This document shows, piece by piece, positions 1 through 9,635 of a stretch of DNA of 64,000 nt. A program made the position numbers and the translations under genes. The number at the start of each line of letters is the position of its first letter. The first letter of the stretch is position 1. The notes beneath the pieces were generated by a model. The model saw only the letters and a program-made list of their open reading frames with translations. It searched no databases and had not been told where the DNA came from. The stretch comes from a virus (taxonomy: Duplodnaviria > Caudoviricetes): IMG/VR virus record IMGVR_UViG_2687453619_000001, positions 1 to 64,000 of that record, one strand, 5' to 3'.

Positions 1-897
1 ATGGAGTTTTCTAGTGTATTAAGTCAATGGCTAGGTGTTTTGGACCGTATCGGAATTAATGGAACTGTCATCGCGACAGTGGTGATTCCTAGCCTGTTAG
101 CGGTCGCCCTAATAATTTTTGTCTGTTACAGAACACAGTCGACACATTATTTTTTTGCTCGGCTATGGATTCTGGTTAATGGAAAACGTCAAACCAAGAA
201 CACAGAGATGAATGAGTTTTTTGAAAGACGTGGCGACCTGATGCAATTCAGATTTTTAACCGGTATTCCGGTAAGCACTTTTCCTGCCAGTCTTAGGTTA
301 ATGGAATGGGCAGACGCGCAAGAAATTGAAATCGGTAAAATTCATGCCTGCGGATATTATTTTGATACCGATGCGCTGGCTTTCAACAAGAAGTCTTTTC
401 CCTGGAAAGGGACGCCATGGATTTTAGGCATTTTGGCAATGCTCGGTGTATATGCCGTAATGCTGTTTTCTATCTTTGCGATTGCCAACCAAGTAGTCAT
501 GCGTTTTAAGGACAGTGATCACAGATGGTTTTTGTACGGACAAGGGGCTTCGGTAAAGGCGCTGAGCACCGATTTCCGATTTGGTATTGAGGATTGTAAT
601 AAAGATAGATCTTTGATTGCGAAGCGCACGGAATGGAGCAAAGAAAATGTAGATGCCGTTTGCAAAACGTTTGAGGATCCAAAAGAGAAGAGTTTTTTTG
701 ACGATGCAATAAGAGAGCAGCGCTGGACTGCGGGAGTATTGATTGTCGTATTCTTATGGGGAACGTTGGGGGCATTTTTTTCAGCTAGAAGAGCCGGATC
801 TGCGTTGTCTTTATCGAAGAAGCTGGCGACAAAAGAAAACAACGCTTCCGAAACAAAAAAAGGGCACAAACGCTCCAATGATGCCGAGACAAAATAA
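1..897 (+). CDS. hypothetical membrane protein (moron; possibly DUF6216-like)
   Basis: 298-aa AT-rich ORF with three hydrophobic segments, convergent on the phage late operon. Confidence 0.7.
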   Translation: MEFSSVLSQWLGVLDRIGINGTVIATVVIPSLLAVALIIFVCYRTQSTHYFFARLWILVNGKRQTKNTEMNEFFERRGDLMQFRFLTGIPVSTFPASLRLMEWADAQEIEIGKIHACGYYFDTDALAFNKKSFPWKGTPWILGILAMLGVYAVMLFSIFAIANQVVMRFKDSDHRWFLYGQGASVKALSTDFRFGIEDCNKDRSLIAKRTEWSKENVDAVCKTFEDPKEKSFFDDAIREQRWTAGVLIVVFLWGTLGAFFSARRAGSALSLSKKLATKENNASETKKGHKRSNDAETK

Positions 898-903
898 GAG
901 CAG

Positions 904-1116
904 TTATTTAGCTCCTGCACGGCGTAATGCCGCCTGCTCCTTGTCATAGTCGTCCCGGCAATCCACGCTGCAAAATAGCAGCGCGTGCGCGATGGCTTCA
1001 TCACAAAAATGGCAGCGGCCGTCACTTTCCAGCATAGGCTGTTTTCTGACATGTGCCATGGCGTTATGCACGTCCTTCTCAATACGCCAGATGGCGCGGT
1101 CTGCGATGTCGCTCAT
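904..1116 (-). CDS. small TraR/DksA-like C4 zinc-finger protein
   Basis: N-terminal MSDIADRA motif and CxxC...CxxxC; conserved second copy at 40733-40942. Confidence 0.7.
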   Translation of the reverse strand: MSDIADRAIWRIEKDVHNAMAHVRKQPMLESDGRCHFCDEAIAHALLFCSVDCRDDYDKEQAALRRAGAK

Positions 1117-2177
1117 TGCTTGTTTCCCTCTCCTGTCAGTAATTCGTATTTTTCAAATTTCACCACTTCGATGCCTAGCCAGTCGTTGAGCGCCATGAAC
1201 TGCGACTGCAGCGGCACCAGCTCGTTGCGGGCGAAGACCCGGGCAGCCGGTTCAATCGCGCCGAACCCGCCGGTATTGTTCGGCATGATCCCCATCAGCT
1301 GAGGCGGCACGCGATGGCCGGCCAGCACGTCGTCACGGGTGACGCCCTTGATGTTGAAAAATTCGTCCTTCGCTGCAACGTCAGACACCGGCAGGATCTG
1401 GATACCGTCTTTCTTCCCGTTCGGCGCGTACATGAACAGATTGCGGAAGTTGCCCGGCCCCTTGCTGTCGCGCATGGCCTGCCGCAAGTTGTCGACATCC
1501 TTCACGTTGGCGGCCGGGTCGGTCATGTAGAACACGAAGCCGGCGTGTGAGCCGTTCTTGTAATACTTGCGCCGGAAGAGGGTGGCTGCTTCATTCAGCC
1601 AGGCCGACTGCAGGGCGGAGAGGTATTGCGGCACGCCGTACACCTCCTGGTTCAGATCCGGATCCATCAAATGGAAAACGGATCCCTTGTCGAAGGCATA
1701 TTCCTGCTGCCATCCCGATACAAAATAGTAGGTATCGAGATCCTTGCCGCGCCGCATGTACTTCGCCAGGGAGTGCTTTAGCTGCAAGGGTTGCTGGCTA
1801 AGGCTGGTGCGCTTCTCCAGATAGCCATTACCGAAGGTCAGGAAATCCAGCACGAAGCGTTTAAACGTATCCCGCGACAGGTACTTGTGCGGGATGAATG
1901 TCGAGGTCAGGATGTTGGTTTTAAAATAAATGGCGCTGCTGTGGTGGACGCTGGCGTGAAACGATTTCGCGAGACCCACTAGGCTGATCGGCGGCTCGTA
2001 CCACTTCCCGTTGAGCCAGCACTCAAAACAGTCCAGCACCTCGCTGTGATCGAGGACCGGTGTCGGATCGCCAAAGCTAAACGCCTCCATGCCGCTGCCG
2101 GCGCCGGGAATGTCTGCCGGCGGCGCCGGCGGTGTCTCGGCGTACTGCGCGGCGCGCCGTTGCTGCTTTCTGGTCAT
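1113..2177 (-). CDS. phage portal protein (P2 gpQ family)
   Basis: EAFSFGDP, WYEPP, YYKNGSHAG and HRVPPQLMG motifs; ATG at 2177 overlaps the terminase stop. Confidence 0.95.
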   Translation of the reverse strand: MTRKQQRRAAQYAETPPAPPADIPGAGSGMEAFSFGDPTPVLDHSEVLDCFECWLNGKWYEPPISLVGLAKSFHASVHHSSAIYFKTNILTSTFIPHKYLSRDTFKRFVLDFLTFGNGYLEKRTSLSQQPLQLKHSLAKYMRRGKDLDTYYFVSGWQQEYAFDKGSVFHLMDPDLNQEVYGVPQYLSALQSAWLNEAATLFRRKYYKNGSHAGFVFYMTDPAANVKDVDNLRQAMRDSKGPGNFRNLFMYAPNGKKDGIQILPVSDVAAKDEFFNIKGVTRDDVLAGHRVPPQLMGIMPNNTGGFGAIEPAARVFARNELVPLQSQFMALNDWLGIEVVKFEKYELLTGEGNKQ

Positions 2178-3961
2178 GATGTGTACAACTCCATAAAGGA
2201 TTGGGTGTTCTCGTTGGCGCCCTCGAATGGTTCGTGATCGAGGGCATGCATGCAGGCCCACGCCAGGTCGGCGTGGCCGGTTTCATCGGTGCGGCCGGCG
2301 TCATAGGTCACTTGCCGGCCGCTGGTTGTGAGGGTTTTACGGATGGTCATGAAGGACTGCGCAATGTCGGTCCAGCCGGCATCGAATTCCAACCGCGCCT
2401 TGTTGACAATGTTTTGCGCCTTCAGCACCATCCGGGTTTTGACTTCCGGCGAGTAGTTGATCGCTGTCACCAGCGGGAAGAACTGTTTAACCAGGGGATA
2501 CACGCCGACGCCCATGCCGGTAGTGTCGATGCCGATATAGGCGACGTTGTAGCGGGTCGTCATCTCCTTGATCGCCTTGGCCTGCGCCTCGAAGTCGATG
2601 CCGCGCCACTGGAAGCGCTCCAGGATGCGGAATTTGCCGCCGGCGACCAGGGGCGGGGCGATCACCACGCAGCCAGCGCTGTCGCCGGTCAATGAGGGGT
2701 CGTAGCCGATCCAGACCGGCCGGTCGCCGAAGGGGCGGCTGGCGAACGGCTTGTAGTCGTCCCAGCTGACCCATGAATCGATCATGCAGCGCTGCAGGGC
2801 CATCAACGGGAACACGGATTGCGTGTCGTCGATGAAATTGCACATCAGCAGATTTTCAAACTGGTCCGGGCTGTACTCGAAATTGCGCAGCTCATCGATG
2901 TCGAACAGATTGCAGCCGCCGCGTTCGGCGTCCAGAATTGTGACGATCTGGCGCCACATCTTGTCCTCACCCGTAAAGCCGCTGGACAGCTTCAAATGGC
3001 TGATATCGATGTCGACCTGGTCAGCCTTCGCCCGGCGCTTGTTGAACAGCTCGCCGGTCCAGAATGGATAAGCCTGGTGTGTGATCGAGGAGGGTGTCGA
3101 AAAGTACGTCTTGCGCCACTGCTTGTGCAGTGCCATGCCGGACGCCACCTTGTTCAACTCCTGGAAGTTGTGGGTCCAGAAAAACTCGTCAAAGTAGAAA
3201 TTGCCGTGATAGCCCTGGGCGGTGCGCGCATTGGTCCCGAGGAAATACAGGTGGGCGCCATTCGGCAGCACAATCGGGTCGCCGGCCAGCTCGATACCGG
3301 CGGCTTCCTTGGCGAACTGGATGATGTACTGCTTAAAAACGTGTGCCTGGGCCTTGGATGCGGAGAGAAAAATCTGATTGCGGCCGGTCTGCATGGCGTC
3401 GGCCAGCGCCTCCCGGGCAAAGTACCAGGTAGCGCCAATCTGGCGCGATTTTAAGATCACCCGGGTTCTCTGGTCGCCGTTGCGATGCCATACCTTCTGG
3501 TAGTCGAACAGGGAGTCCCTGAACGCTTCCAGTAGCTTGTCTTTCTGTTCCTCGCTGAAATCGTTCCTGGTCGGCTTCTTCTTGGGTTCGGCGTTACGGT
3601 TCGCCAGCTTTGGGTTCAGGTCGACTTCATTGCCGCCCGGCGCCTCATAGCGGCGTACCCGGGCGGTCTGCACCACCTGTCGCATCAAGAGGTCGATTTC
3701 CTTGAAGTCGCCGCCGGTCTTGGCGTCCTTGGTGATCAGCTGCACCAGGCGCGATTCCAGCGTGGCTTCGATCTTCTCCAGCGGAGTGGCTTTGTCCCAT
3801 TCGTCGCGCTGTTTCCAACTCTCGATGGTCGTGCGCTTCTGCAGCAGGTGTTTGGCGATGGACGTAACGCGCCAGCCTTGCCAATACAGGTGCTTGGCAA
3901 CGCGGCGCGGATCCACTTCGGGTTCTAGTTCGGCAGGGTGTTCTTCGATCAATTCAGACAT
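2174..3961 (-). CDS. terminase ATPase subunit (P2 gpP)
   Basis: LYWQGW N-terminus, ILKSRQIGATWYFA Walker A region, YFDEFFW Walker B, GHADLAWA C-terminus; start set at MSELIE. Confidence 0.95.
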   Translation of the reverse strand: MSELIEEHPAELEPEVDPRRVAKHLYWQGWRVTSIAKHLLQKRTTIESWKQRDEWDKATPLEKIEATLESRLVQLITKDAKTGGDFKEIDLLMRQVVQTARVRRYEAPGGNEVDLNPKLANRNAEPKKKPTRNDFSEEQKDKLLEAFRDSLFDYQKVWHRNGDQRTRVILKSRQIGATWYFAREALADAMQTGRNQIFLSASKAQAHVFKQYIIQFAKEAAGIELAGDPIVLPNGAHLYFLGTNARTAQGYHGNFYFDEFFWTHNFQELNKVASGMALHKQWRKTYFSTPSSITHQAYPFWTGELFNKRRAKADQVDIDISHLKLSSGFTGEDKMWRQIVTILDAERGGCNLFDIDELRNFEYSPDQFENLLMCNFIDDTQSVFPLMALQRCMIDSWVSWDDYKPFASRPFGDRPVWIGYDPSLTGDSAGCVVIAPPLVAGGKFRILERFQWRGIDFEAQAKAIKEMTTRYNVAYIGIDTTGMGVGVYPLVKQFFPLVTAINYSPEVKTRMVLKAQNIVNKARLEFDAGWTDIAQSFMTIRKTLTTSGRQVTYDAGRTDETGHADLAWACMHALDHEPFEGANENTQSFMELYTS

Positions 3962-4000
3962 GCCGCAAGCGTATGCGTCGAGCGCGTGTAGCGGGGAAAG

Positions 4001-4033
4001 CAGAGGGTTGATATACGGCTTATCAACCCTCTG
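4001..4033. promoter_or_regulatory. dyad element between divergent late genes P and O (candidate late-activator site)
   Basis: CAGAGGGTTGATA-N7-TATCAACCCTCTG perfect 13-bp inverted repeat; related copies upstream of gene V and in prophage 2. Confidence 0.6.
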
Positions 4034-4102
4034 TTTGTTGTCGCATCCCGCGCCAAGGCCGACCATGGAGTCCTTATCCAGCACTCACACCGAGCCGACA
4101 CC

Positions 4103-4954
4103 ATGTCAACAGCCAAACCGACTGCATCAACCAAATCAAAATTCTTCCGTGTCGCCGTCGAAGGCGCCACCACTGACGGCCGCGTGATCGACCGCGCCTT
4201 TATTGCGCAGATGGCTGCCAATTTCGACCCGCAAGTCTATGGCGCCCGGATCTGGGTCGAACACCTGCGCAGCACCTGGGCCGATGGCGCCTTTAAAGCC
4301 TATGGCGATGTCACGGCGGTCAAGGCAGAGGAAATCACCATCGGCGGCGCCAAGAAATTGGCCCTGTTTGCCCAGATCTCGCCGACGCCGGAGCTGGTGG
4401 CGATGAATAAGGCCCGCCAGAAGATCTACACCAGCATCGAGATCAATCCGAAATTTGCCGATACCGGCGAAGCCTACCTGGTCGGCCTGGCCGTGACCGA
4501 CAGTCCGGCCAGCCTCGGCACTGAAATGCTGGCGTTCGCGGAACAGCATCCCGATGTCAACCCGCTCGCCAGCCGCAAGCAAGATCCCGACAACCTGTTC
4601 ACAGCGGCGGTCGAAACCGCACTGGAATTTGAAGACACCCCAACCGAACCCGAAGGAATCAAATTGTCCGACACCGTCAAAGCCATCCTGAAGCGCTTTA
4701 CCAATAAAACCACCAAAGACCAGCTCCAGTTCGCCGATATCACCGAGGCCGTGTCCGAGCTGGCAACGCATGTCAGTGAGAGCGCTGAGCAGTATGCCGC
4801 TGCGGTGACGCGTATCGAAACGCTGGAAACGGCGCTGAAGGAGTCAAACGACGCTTTTGCCGCCTTCAAGCAGCAGGTCGACGGTACCGACGGCAACCCG
4901 ACGCAGCGTCCGACAGCATCGGGCGGCGCCGGCGCGTTGCAAACCGATTTCTAA
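4103..4954 (+). CDS. capsid scaffolding protein (P2 gpO)
   Basis: KFFRVAVEGATTDGR and YLVGLAVTDSPASLGTE motifs. Confidence 0.95.
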   Translation: MSTAKPTASTKSKFFRVAVEGATTDGRVIDRAFIAQMAANFDPQVYGARIWVEHLRSTWADGAFKAYGDVTAVKAEEITIGGAKKLALFAQISPTPELVAMNKARQKIYTSIEINPKFADTGEAYLVGLAVTDSPASLGTEMLAFAEQHPDVNPLASRKQDPDNLFTAAVETALEFEDTPTEPEGIKLSDTVKAILKRFTNKTTKDQLQFADITEAVSELATHVSESAEQYAAAVTRIETLETALKESNDAFAAFKQQVDGTDGNPTQRPTASGGAGALQTDF

Positions 4955-5014
4955 GCGACGCAGCCGACCGCCACATTTCCACTTTGAACCCATACCCGAC
5001 AGGAGCATGACCAC

Positions 5015-6019
5015 ATGAGAAAAAATACCCGACTCGCCTATAACCAGTACGCGCAGCGCGTAGCGCAGCTCAATGACGCCGGCAACGTTGCCGAGACGTT
5101 TAGCGTCGATCCCAGCATTCAGCAGAAGCTGGAAACCCGCATGCAGGAGTCGAGCGAATTCCTGGGCAAGATCAATATCATAGGCGTGACCGAGCAAGAA
5201 GGCGAGAAGCTGGGTCTCGGTATTTCCGGCCCGATTGCCGGTCGCACCAATACCGACAAGGGCGACCGCAAGACCCGCGATCTGACGAACTTGGACGATC
5301 ATCGCTATCGCTGCGAAAAAACGAACTTCGATACGCATATCGGCTACGCCAAGCTCGATGCCTGGGCGAAATTTCCCGACTTCCAGCAGCGCATTGCGAA
5401 CGTCATTCTGCAGCGCCAGGCGCTGGACCGGATGATGATCGGTTTTAACGGCACCACCATTGCCGCCGACACCGACCTGGTGAAATATCCGATGCTGCAG
5501 GATGTCAACAAGGGCTGGCTGCAGCACTACCGCGAACAAGCGCCCCAGCGCGTGCTGCACGAAGGTAAGACCCCCGGCAAGGTGGTCGTCGGCGCCGGCG
5601 GCGACTATGCCAACCTGGACGCGGTGGTGTACGACGCCATCACCTTGCTGGATCCTTGGTATCAGCAAGATAGCGGCTTGGTCGCCATCGTCGGCCGTGG
5701 GCTGTTGCATGACAAGTATTTCCCTCTGGTGAACACCAAGCAGGCGCCCACCGAGACCCTGGCGGCCGACATCGTCATCAGTCAAAAGCGGATCGGCGGC
5801 CTGCAGGCGGCAACCGTGCCGTATTTCCCGGACCACGCCATCCTGATTACCCGTTTCGACAACCTGTCGATCTACTGGCAAGAGGGCGGCCGCCGGCGCC
5901 GTGTAGTCGATGAGGCCAAGCGGGACCGTATCGAAAACTACGAATCGTCCAACGATTCGTATGTGATCGAAGATCTCGGCTTGGGCGCTTTTGTCGAAAA
6001 CCTTGAGCTGGTGGCCTGA
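5015..6019 (+). CDS. major capsid protein (P2 gpN)
   Basis: QESSEFL, LDRMMIGFNG and LQDVNKGWLQ motifs. Confidence 0.95.
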   Translation: MRKNTRLAYNQYAQRVAQLNDAGNVAETFSVDPSIQQKLETRMQESSEFLGKINIIGVTEQEGEKLGLGISGPIAGRTNTDKGDRKTRDLTNLDDHRYRCEKTNFDTHIGYAKLDAWAKFPDFQQRIANVILQRQALDRMMIGFNGTTIAADTDLVKYPMLQDVNKGWLQHYREQAPQRVLHEGKTPGKVVVGAGGDYANLDAVVYDAITLLDPWYQQDSGLVAIVGRGLLHDKYFPLVNTKQAPTETLAADIVISQKRIGGLQAATVPYFPDHAILITRFDNLSIYWQEGGRRRRVVDEAKRDRIENYESSNDSYVIEDLGLGAFVENLELVA

Positions 6020-6020
6020 T

Positions 6021-6737
6021 ATGCGTGAACTGTCTCCCGCCCAGCGCCACCGGGTCCGCGTGCTGGCCGAGCGCGACGCCGCCAGCGCCGAACCCGGCGG
6101 CCCAACTTCCGGCTCTCAGTACGAGCTGCAGTTGTACCAGCTGGCCGAAGATCGCCGGCGCCTGAAAAATATTCAGTCGATCAAAAGCAAGATCGCGCTG
6201 AAGGCGCAGTTGCTGCCGAAGTATCAAATCTGGGTCGACGGTGTGCTGGCGGCGGGGAAGGGTGGCCAGGACGATGTGCTGACGACCATTCTGGTCTGGT
6301 CGATCGATGCCGGCGACTATGAGCGGGCTGTGCAGATTGCTAGTTATGCCGTGACGCACAAGATGACCTTGCCGGACCAGTACAACCGCGACATTCCGAC
6401 CGTACTGTTGGATGAATTCTCCGAAGCGTTCCTGCATGGGAAGCTGGCCGAGGATCCAGCGCTGGCGGTCAAGGTGCTGGCCCAGATCGAGGATCTGACC
6501 AAAGACAGCGACGTGCCGGACCAGGCCCGCGCCAAGCTGCACAAGGCGCTGGGCTATGCGTTGCTGGTACAGGCCAATGACGGCGACGATAAGCGAGATC
6601 TGGCCGGCCTGTCGCTGGAATACGCCCAGGCGGCCTATGGCAGCCTGACCCGCGCCCTGGAGTTGTTTCAAGGCGTGGGCGTCAAGAAAGATATTGAAAC
6701 CCTTGAACGTCGCTTGAAGAAAGCGGCACAAGGCTAA
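6021..6737 (+). CDS. terminase endonuclease subunit (P2 gpM)
   Basis: SPAQRH, QDDVL..W.IDAGDY, RAKLHKA and GVKKDI motifs. Confidence 0.92.
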   Translation: MRELSPAQRHRVRVLAERDAASAEPGGPTSGSQYELQLYQLAEDRRRLKNIQSIKSKIALKAQLLPKYQIWVDGVLAAGKGGQDDVLTTILVWSIDAGDYERAVQIASYAVTHKMTLPDQYNRDIPTVLLDEFSEAFLHGKLAEDPALAVKVLAQIEDLTKDSDVPDQARAKLHKALGYALLVQANDGDDKRDLAGLSLEYAQAAYGSLTRALELFQGVGVKKDIETLERRLKKAAQG

Positions 6738-6835
6738 ACGAGCACCCCCTGGCGCACGGCGGCGCGGGTCGATTACCGATGCCTAGCATGTAGGTATGAC
6801 GCCCGCCCACCGCCGTTTTTTGGAAGTTACCCCCT

Positions 6836-7330
6836 ATGAGCTTTCTTGCTGTCGAACCCTCGACACCCTCTACAACACCACCGCCGCCTGTTTCTCCGAT
6901 GGTGGAAAACGACGGCTTCTATGTGGATATTCACTTGCCGCAGATGCGCGACGCAGTGCGACTGGACGGCACTGTTACCGATGTACGTCTGCGGGAGGCC
7001 GTGATCGCTGCCATCTTGCACGTCAACTACGAGCTGCGGGACTGGAAGCTGCTACAGATTGCTGCCGGCTACGCGTCGCTGGCGGCCGTGCCGGCGGACC
7101 GCATCGACCGCGAGAGCGTGCTGATTTCCCTCTATCGCCGCGCTGTCTACTGCAGCGCCAAGGCCGATCTGATCGAGCGCTACCGTGATTACGACAGCAC
7201 GGCATCGTCGCTATCCGATAAAAAGATGATGGAAGCGCTGGACAACGCACCAGGCGACCAGCGGCGCAATGCCCATTGGGCCATTGCGGACATCATTGGC
7301 CGATCTCACTTGACCGTTGAGCTGATCTGA
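6836..7330 (+). CDS. head completion protein (P2 gpL)
   Basis: RLDGTVT..RLR, YRRAVY and ERYRDYD motifs; synteny. Confidence 0.9.
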   Translation: MSFLAVEPSTPSTTPPPPVSPMVENDGFYVDIHLPQMRDAVRLDGTVTDVRLREAVIAAILHVNYELRDWKLLQIAAGYASLAAVPADRIDRESVLISLYRRAVYCSAKADLIERYRDYDSTASSLSDKKMMEALDNAPGDQRRNAHWAIADIIGRSHLTVELI

Positions 7331-7539
7331 TGGAGGTACGCGCCCAACAACATGACACGCTGGATCTGCTGTGCTGGCGTCACCTGGGCGCGACCGCCAA
7401 TGTAGTCGAGGCAGCACTCGAACTGAATCCCGGCCTGGCCGACTACGGGCCGGTCCTGCCGCACGGCCTGCTGGTCACCTTGCCCGAACCAACAGCTACC
7501 CCCACTAAAACCGCCCAGGTCGTCAACCTCTGGGACTAA
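7330..7539 (+). CDS. tail protein X (LysM-like)
   Basis: DTLDLLCWRHLG and LELNPGLAD motifs; LWD end. Confidence 0.92.
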   Translation: MEVRAQQHDTLDLLCWRHLGATANVVEAALELNPGLADYGPVLPHGLLVTLPEPTATPTKTAQVVNLWD

Positions 7540-7555
7540 CCGCGAGATTCTCACT

Positions 7556-7912
7556 ATGGCAGAACCCAGCACCACCACTTTAGTCGTCACTGCCGCCGCC
7601 GGCGTCGGTCTGACAACGCTGTTCCCCGGGATCGATGGCAACGCGCTGATCGGCGCGTTCGCCGGCGCCACACTGGTGGCGATCTCCAGCAAGAACCTGC
7701 CAGTCCTGCAGCGCCTGGCGTATATGTTGATTTCCCTCGCCATCGGCTACCTGGCTGCACCCGAGGTCATCAACAACACGCCATTGAAGCAATCGGGTGT
7801 GGCCGCCTTTGTGGCGTCGGCCGCCGCCATTGCCCTGACGCTGCACGGCATCGACCTGATCAAGACCATCGCGCTACCGGCGTGGATCCGCAAGGGTGGT
7901 GACCATGACTAA
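7556..7912 (+). CDS. putative holin
   Basis: multi-TM protein with IGAFAGA motif at the start of the lysis cassette. Confidence 0.75.
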   Translation: MAEPSTTTLVVTAAAGVGLTTLFPGIDGNALIGAFAGATLVAISSKNLPVLQRLAYMLISLAIGYLAAPEVINNTPLKQSGVAAFVASAAAIALTLHGIDLIKTIALPAWIRKGGDHD

Positions 7913-8174
7913 GTATCTCACCGTCCTGGCGCTGCTCTGTTACGCCAGCACCTGCCTGCGGCTGCTGTGCTATCGGCGCGGCCTGGCGAATCATCGCTTG
8001 CATATCTCCGTGGTGGCCTGGCTGTTGATTGTTGCCACCGGCACCAGCACCCTGGAGATCCTCCTGGGCCACGGTCACCCCTCCTTCGGGCAGGCCGCCA
8101 TCGCTTTGACTTTATGTGTCCTGGTGCATCGCGCCCAGGGCAACGTCGCCAACATCATCAGAGGTATGCAATGA
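7905..8174 (+). CDS. putative holin / phage membrane protein
   Basis: three hydrophobic segments, GNVA C-terminal motif, directly upstream of the endolysin. Confidence 0.7.
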   Translation: MTKYLTVLALLCYASTCLRLLCYRRGLANHRLHISVVAWLLIVATGTSTLEILLGHGHPSFGQAAIALTLCVLVHRAQGNVANIIRGMQ

Positions 8175-8635
8175 CCACCACAACAGCATTGACAGAGCAT
8201 TTCACTCTGGAAGAGTTCACACGCAGCGACAAAGCGCGGGTTCTCTCCATCGACAACGCACCGGCGCCGGCCATTGTTGCCAACCTGCGGCGCCTGGCGA
8301 AGTTTAACGAGCTGGTGCGCCTGGAGCTGGGCGGCGCTGCCATGGTCATTTCCAGCGGCTACCGCTGCCTGGCACTGAACCGGGCGGTCGGCGGCGCCGG
8401 CAACAGCGCGCACTTGGAAGGCCTGGCCTGCGACTTTACGGCACCGGCGTTCGGCACGCCGATGGAGATCTGCCAGGCGCTGGACAAATCCTATCTGCAA
8501 TTCGACCAGCTGATTTATGAGCGCGTCGGCGGCGCGGTATGGGTTCACCTGGGCATTGCGGTCGAAGGCAAGGCACCGCGGCGCCAGGTGCTGACGATCG
8601 ACAGCCGCGGTACCCGGATCGGCCTATGGAGCTGA
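8171..8635 (+). CDS. endolysin, peptidase M15 family
   Basis: HFTLEEF, SSGYRC..LNRAVGG..NSAH..GLACDF and WVH zinc-peptidase motifs. Confidence 0.88.
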   Translation: MTTTTALTEHFTLEEFTRSDKARVLSIDNAPAPAIVANLRRLAKFNELVRLELGGAAMVISSGYRCLALNRAVGGAGNSAHLEGLACDFTAPAFGTPMEICQALDKSYLQFDQLIYERVGGAVWVHLGIAVEGKAPRRQVLTIDSRGTRIGLWS

Positions 8636-9048
8636 TCGTCAAAAGCCTGATATCGGCCCTGTTTGTCGGCGCGCTGGGCCTGGTCATCTATGTGCAGCAC
8701 AATGGCCTGAAAGCGGCGAAGGAGCGGGTTGAGCGTGCCGAACAGGACACACGCGACCGCGATGACACCATCAAGACCTTGACGGACGCGGCGGCCAAGG
8801 ACAAGAAGGCCGCTGCTAAGCTACAAACCGCCCATGACCGCATCGCCACCACCCTCGCCGAGCGAGAAAACCTGATTGAAAGCCTGCAACATGAAAATCC
8901 CACGATACGCAGCTGGGCCGATACTCCTTTGCCTGACGCTATTGCCGGCCTGCGGCAGCATCCAGCCGTCACCGGCGCCGGCGATTACCGTCAACGCCTG
9001 TCCAGCAGTCACCCGCTGCCAACTGCCGGCGACGGCGCCCAGGACTAA
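8626..9048 (+). CDS. lysB: i-spanin (LysB/Rz-like)
   Basis: N-terminal TM, coiled coil, WADTPLP motif. Confidence 0.85.
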   Translation: MELIVKSLISALFVGALGLVIYVQHNGLKAAKERVERAEQDTRDRDDTIKTLTDAAAKDKKAAAKLQTAHDRIATTLAERENLIESLQHENPTIRSWADTPLPDAIAGLRQHPAVTGAGDYRQRLSSSHPLPTAGDGAQD

Positions 9049-9169
9049 CGGCGCTATGTTGCACGATTTGGAGCGGGCAGAGGCGGCCTGGGGGATCTGT
9101 GCGGCCAAGGTAGACGCCATTGTTGATTGCCAGGAGGATGCCGAACGTGTACAAGCCAAAAAGCCTTAG
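8891..9169 (+). CDS. lysC: o-spanin lipoprotein (LysC/Rz1-like)
   Basis: lipobox LPAC, CP.VT.C.LP and W..CAAKVD..VDCQ motifs; overlaps lysB. Confidence 0.85.
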   Translation: MKIPRYAAGPILLCLTLLPACGSIQPSPAPAITVNACPAVTRCQLPATAPRTNGAMLHDLERAEAAWGICAAKVDAIVDCQEDAERVQAKKP

Positions 9170-9635
9170 GGCGCATCTCAAGGCCGCTATTGCGGATCTG
9201 ACCCAGAACCCCGACAAGCTGCTGATATTCGCCGACGCTGGCAATACGGTTGCGACCGGGACGAAATCCCTGTCGTTTGAGTATCGGTATCAGCTCAATA
9301 TCATTGTGACCGACTATCGCGGCGAACCCGACGCGATCATGGTGGCACTGCTGGCATGGGTAGGGGTTCACCAGCGGGATCTGCTGGAGCATCCGGAGCT
9401 GCGCAAGACCGGTATCGGCTTTGATGTGGATTTCAACAATCATGAAACCGTTGATCTATCGATCAAGCTGGCCCTGACTGAGCGCGTCGTTGTCGACCAG
9501 GCCGGCGCCGGCCGGCTGGAGGTGCGGCACCCTGGAGAACCCCAGATGACGCCTGCCTATGCGGATGCTTTCTGGCAGGCTTATGCGGGTGATTCTCTCC
9601 TGGCGGAATGGCATACCCCGGCGGATCCAACATGA
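9138..9635 (+). CDS. tail completion protein (P2 gpR)
   Basis: KPKSLR, NPDKL.IF.D.G and SLSFEYRY motifs. Confidence 0.9.
   Translation: MPNVYKPKSLRAHLKAAIADLTQNPDKLLIFADAGNTVATGTKSLSFEYRYQLNIIVTDYRGEPDAIMVALLAWVGVHQRDLLEHPELRKTGIGFDVDFNNHETVDLSIKLALTERVVVDQAGAGRLEVRHPGEPQMTPAYADAFWQAYAGDSLLAEWHTPADPT

Noticed and set aside
3962-4084. N-terminal extensions of terminase, portal, gpV, gpW and endolysin in the ORF track
   Set aside because: They run through promoter dyads or upstream genes; downstream ATGs fit P2 homologues and translational coupling better.
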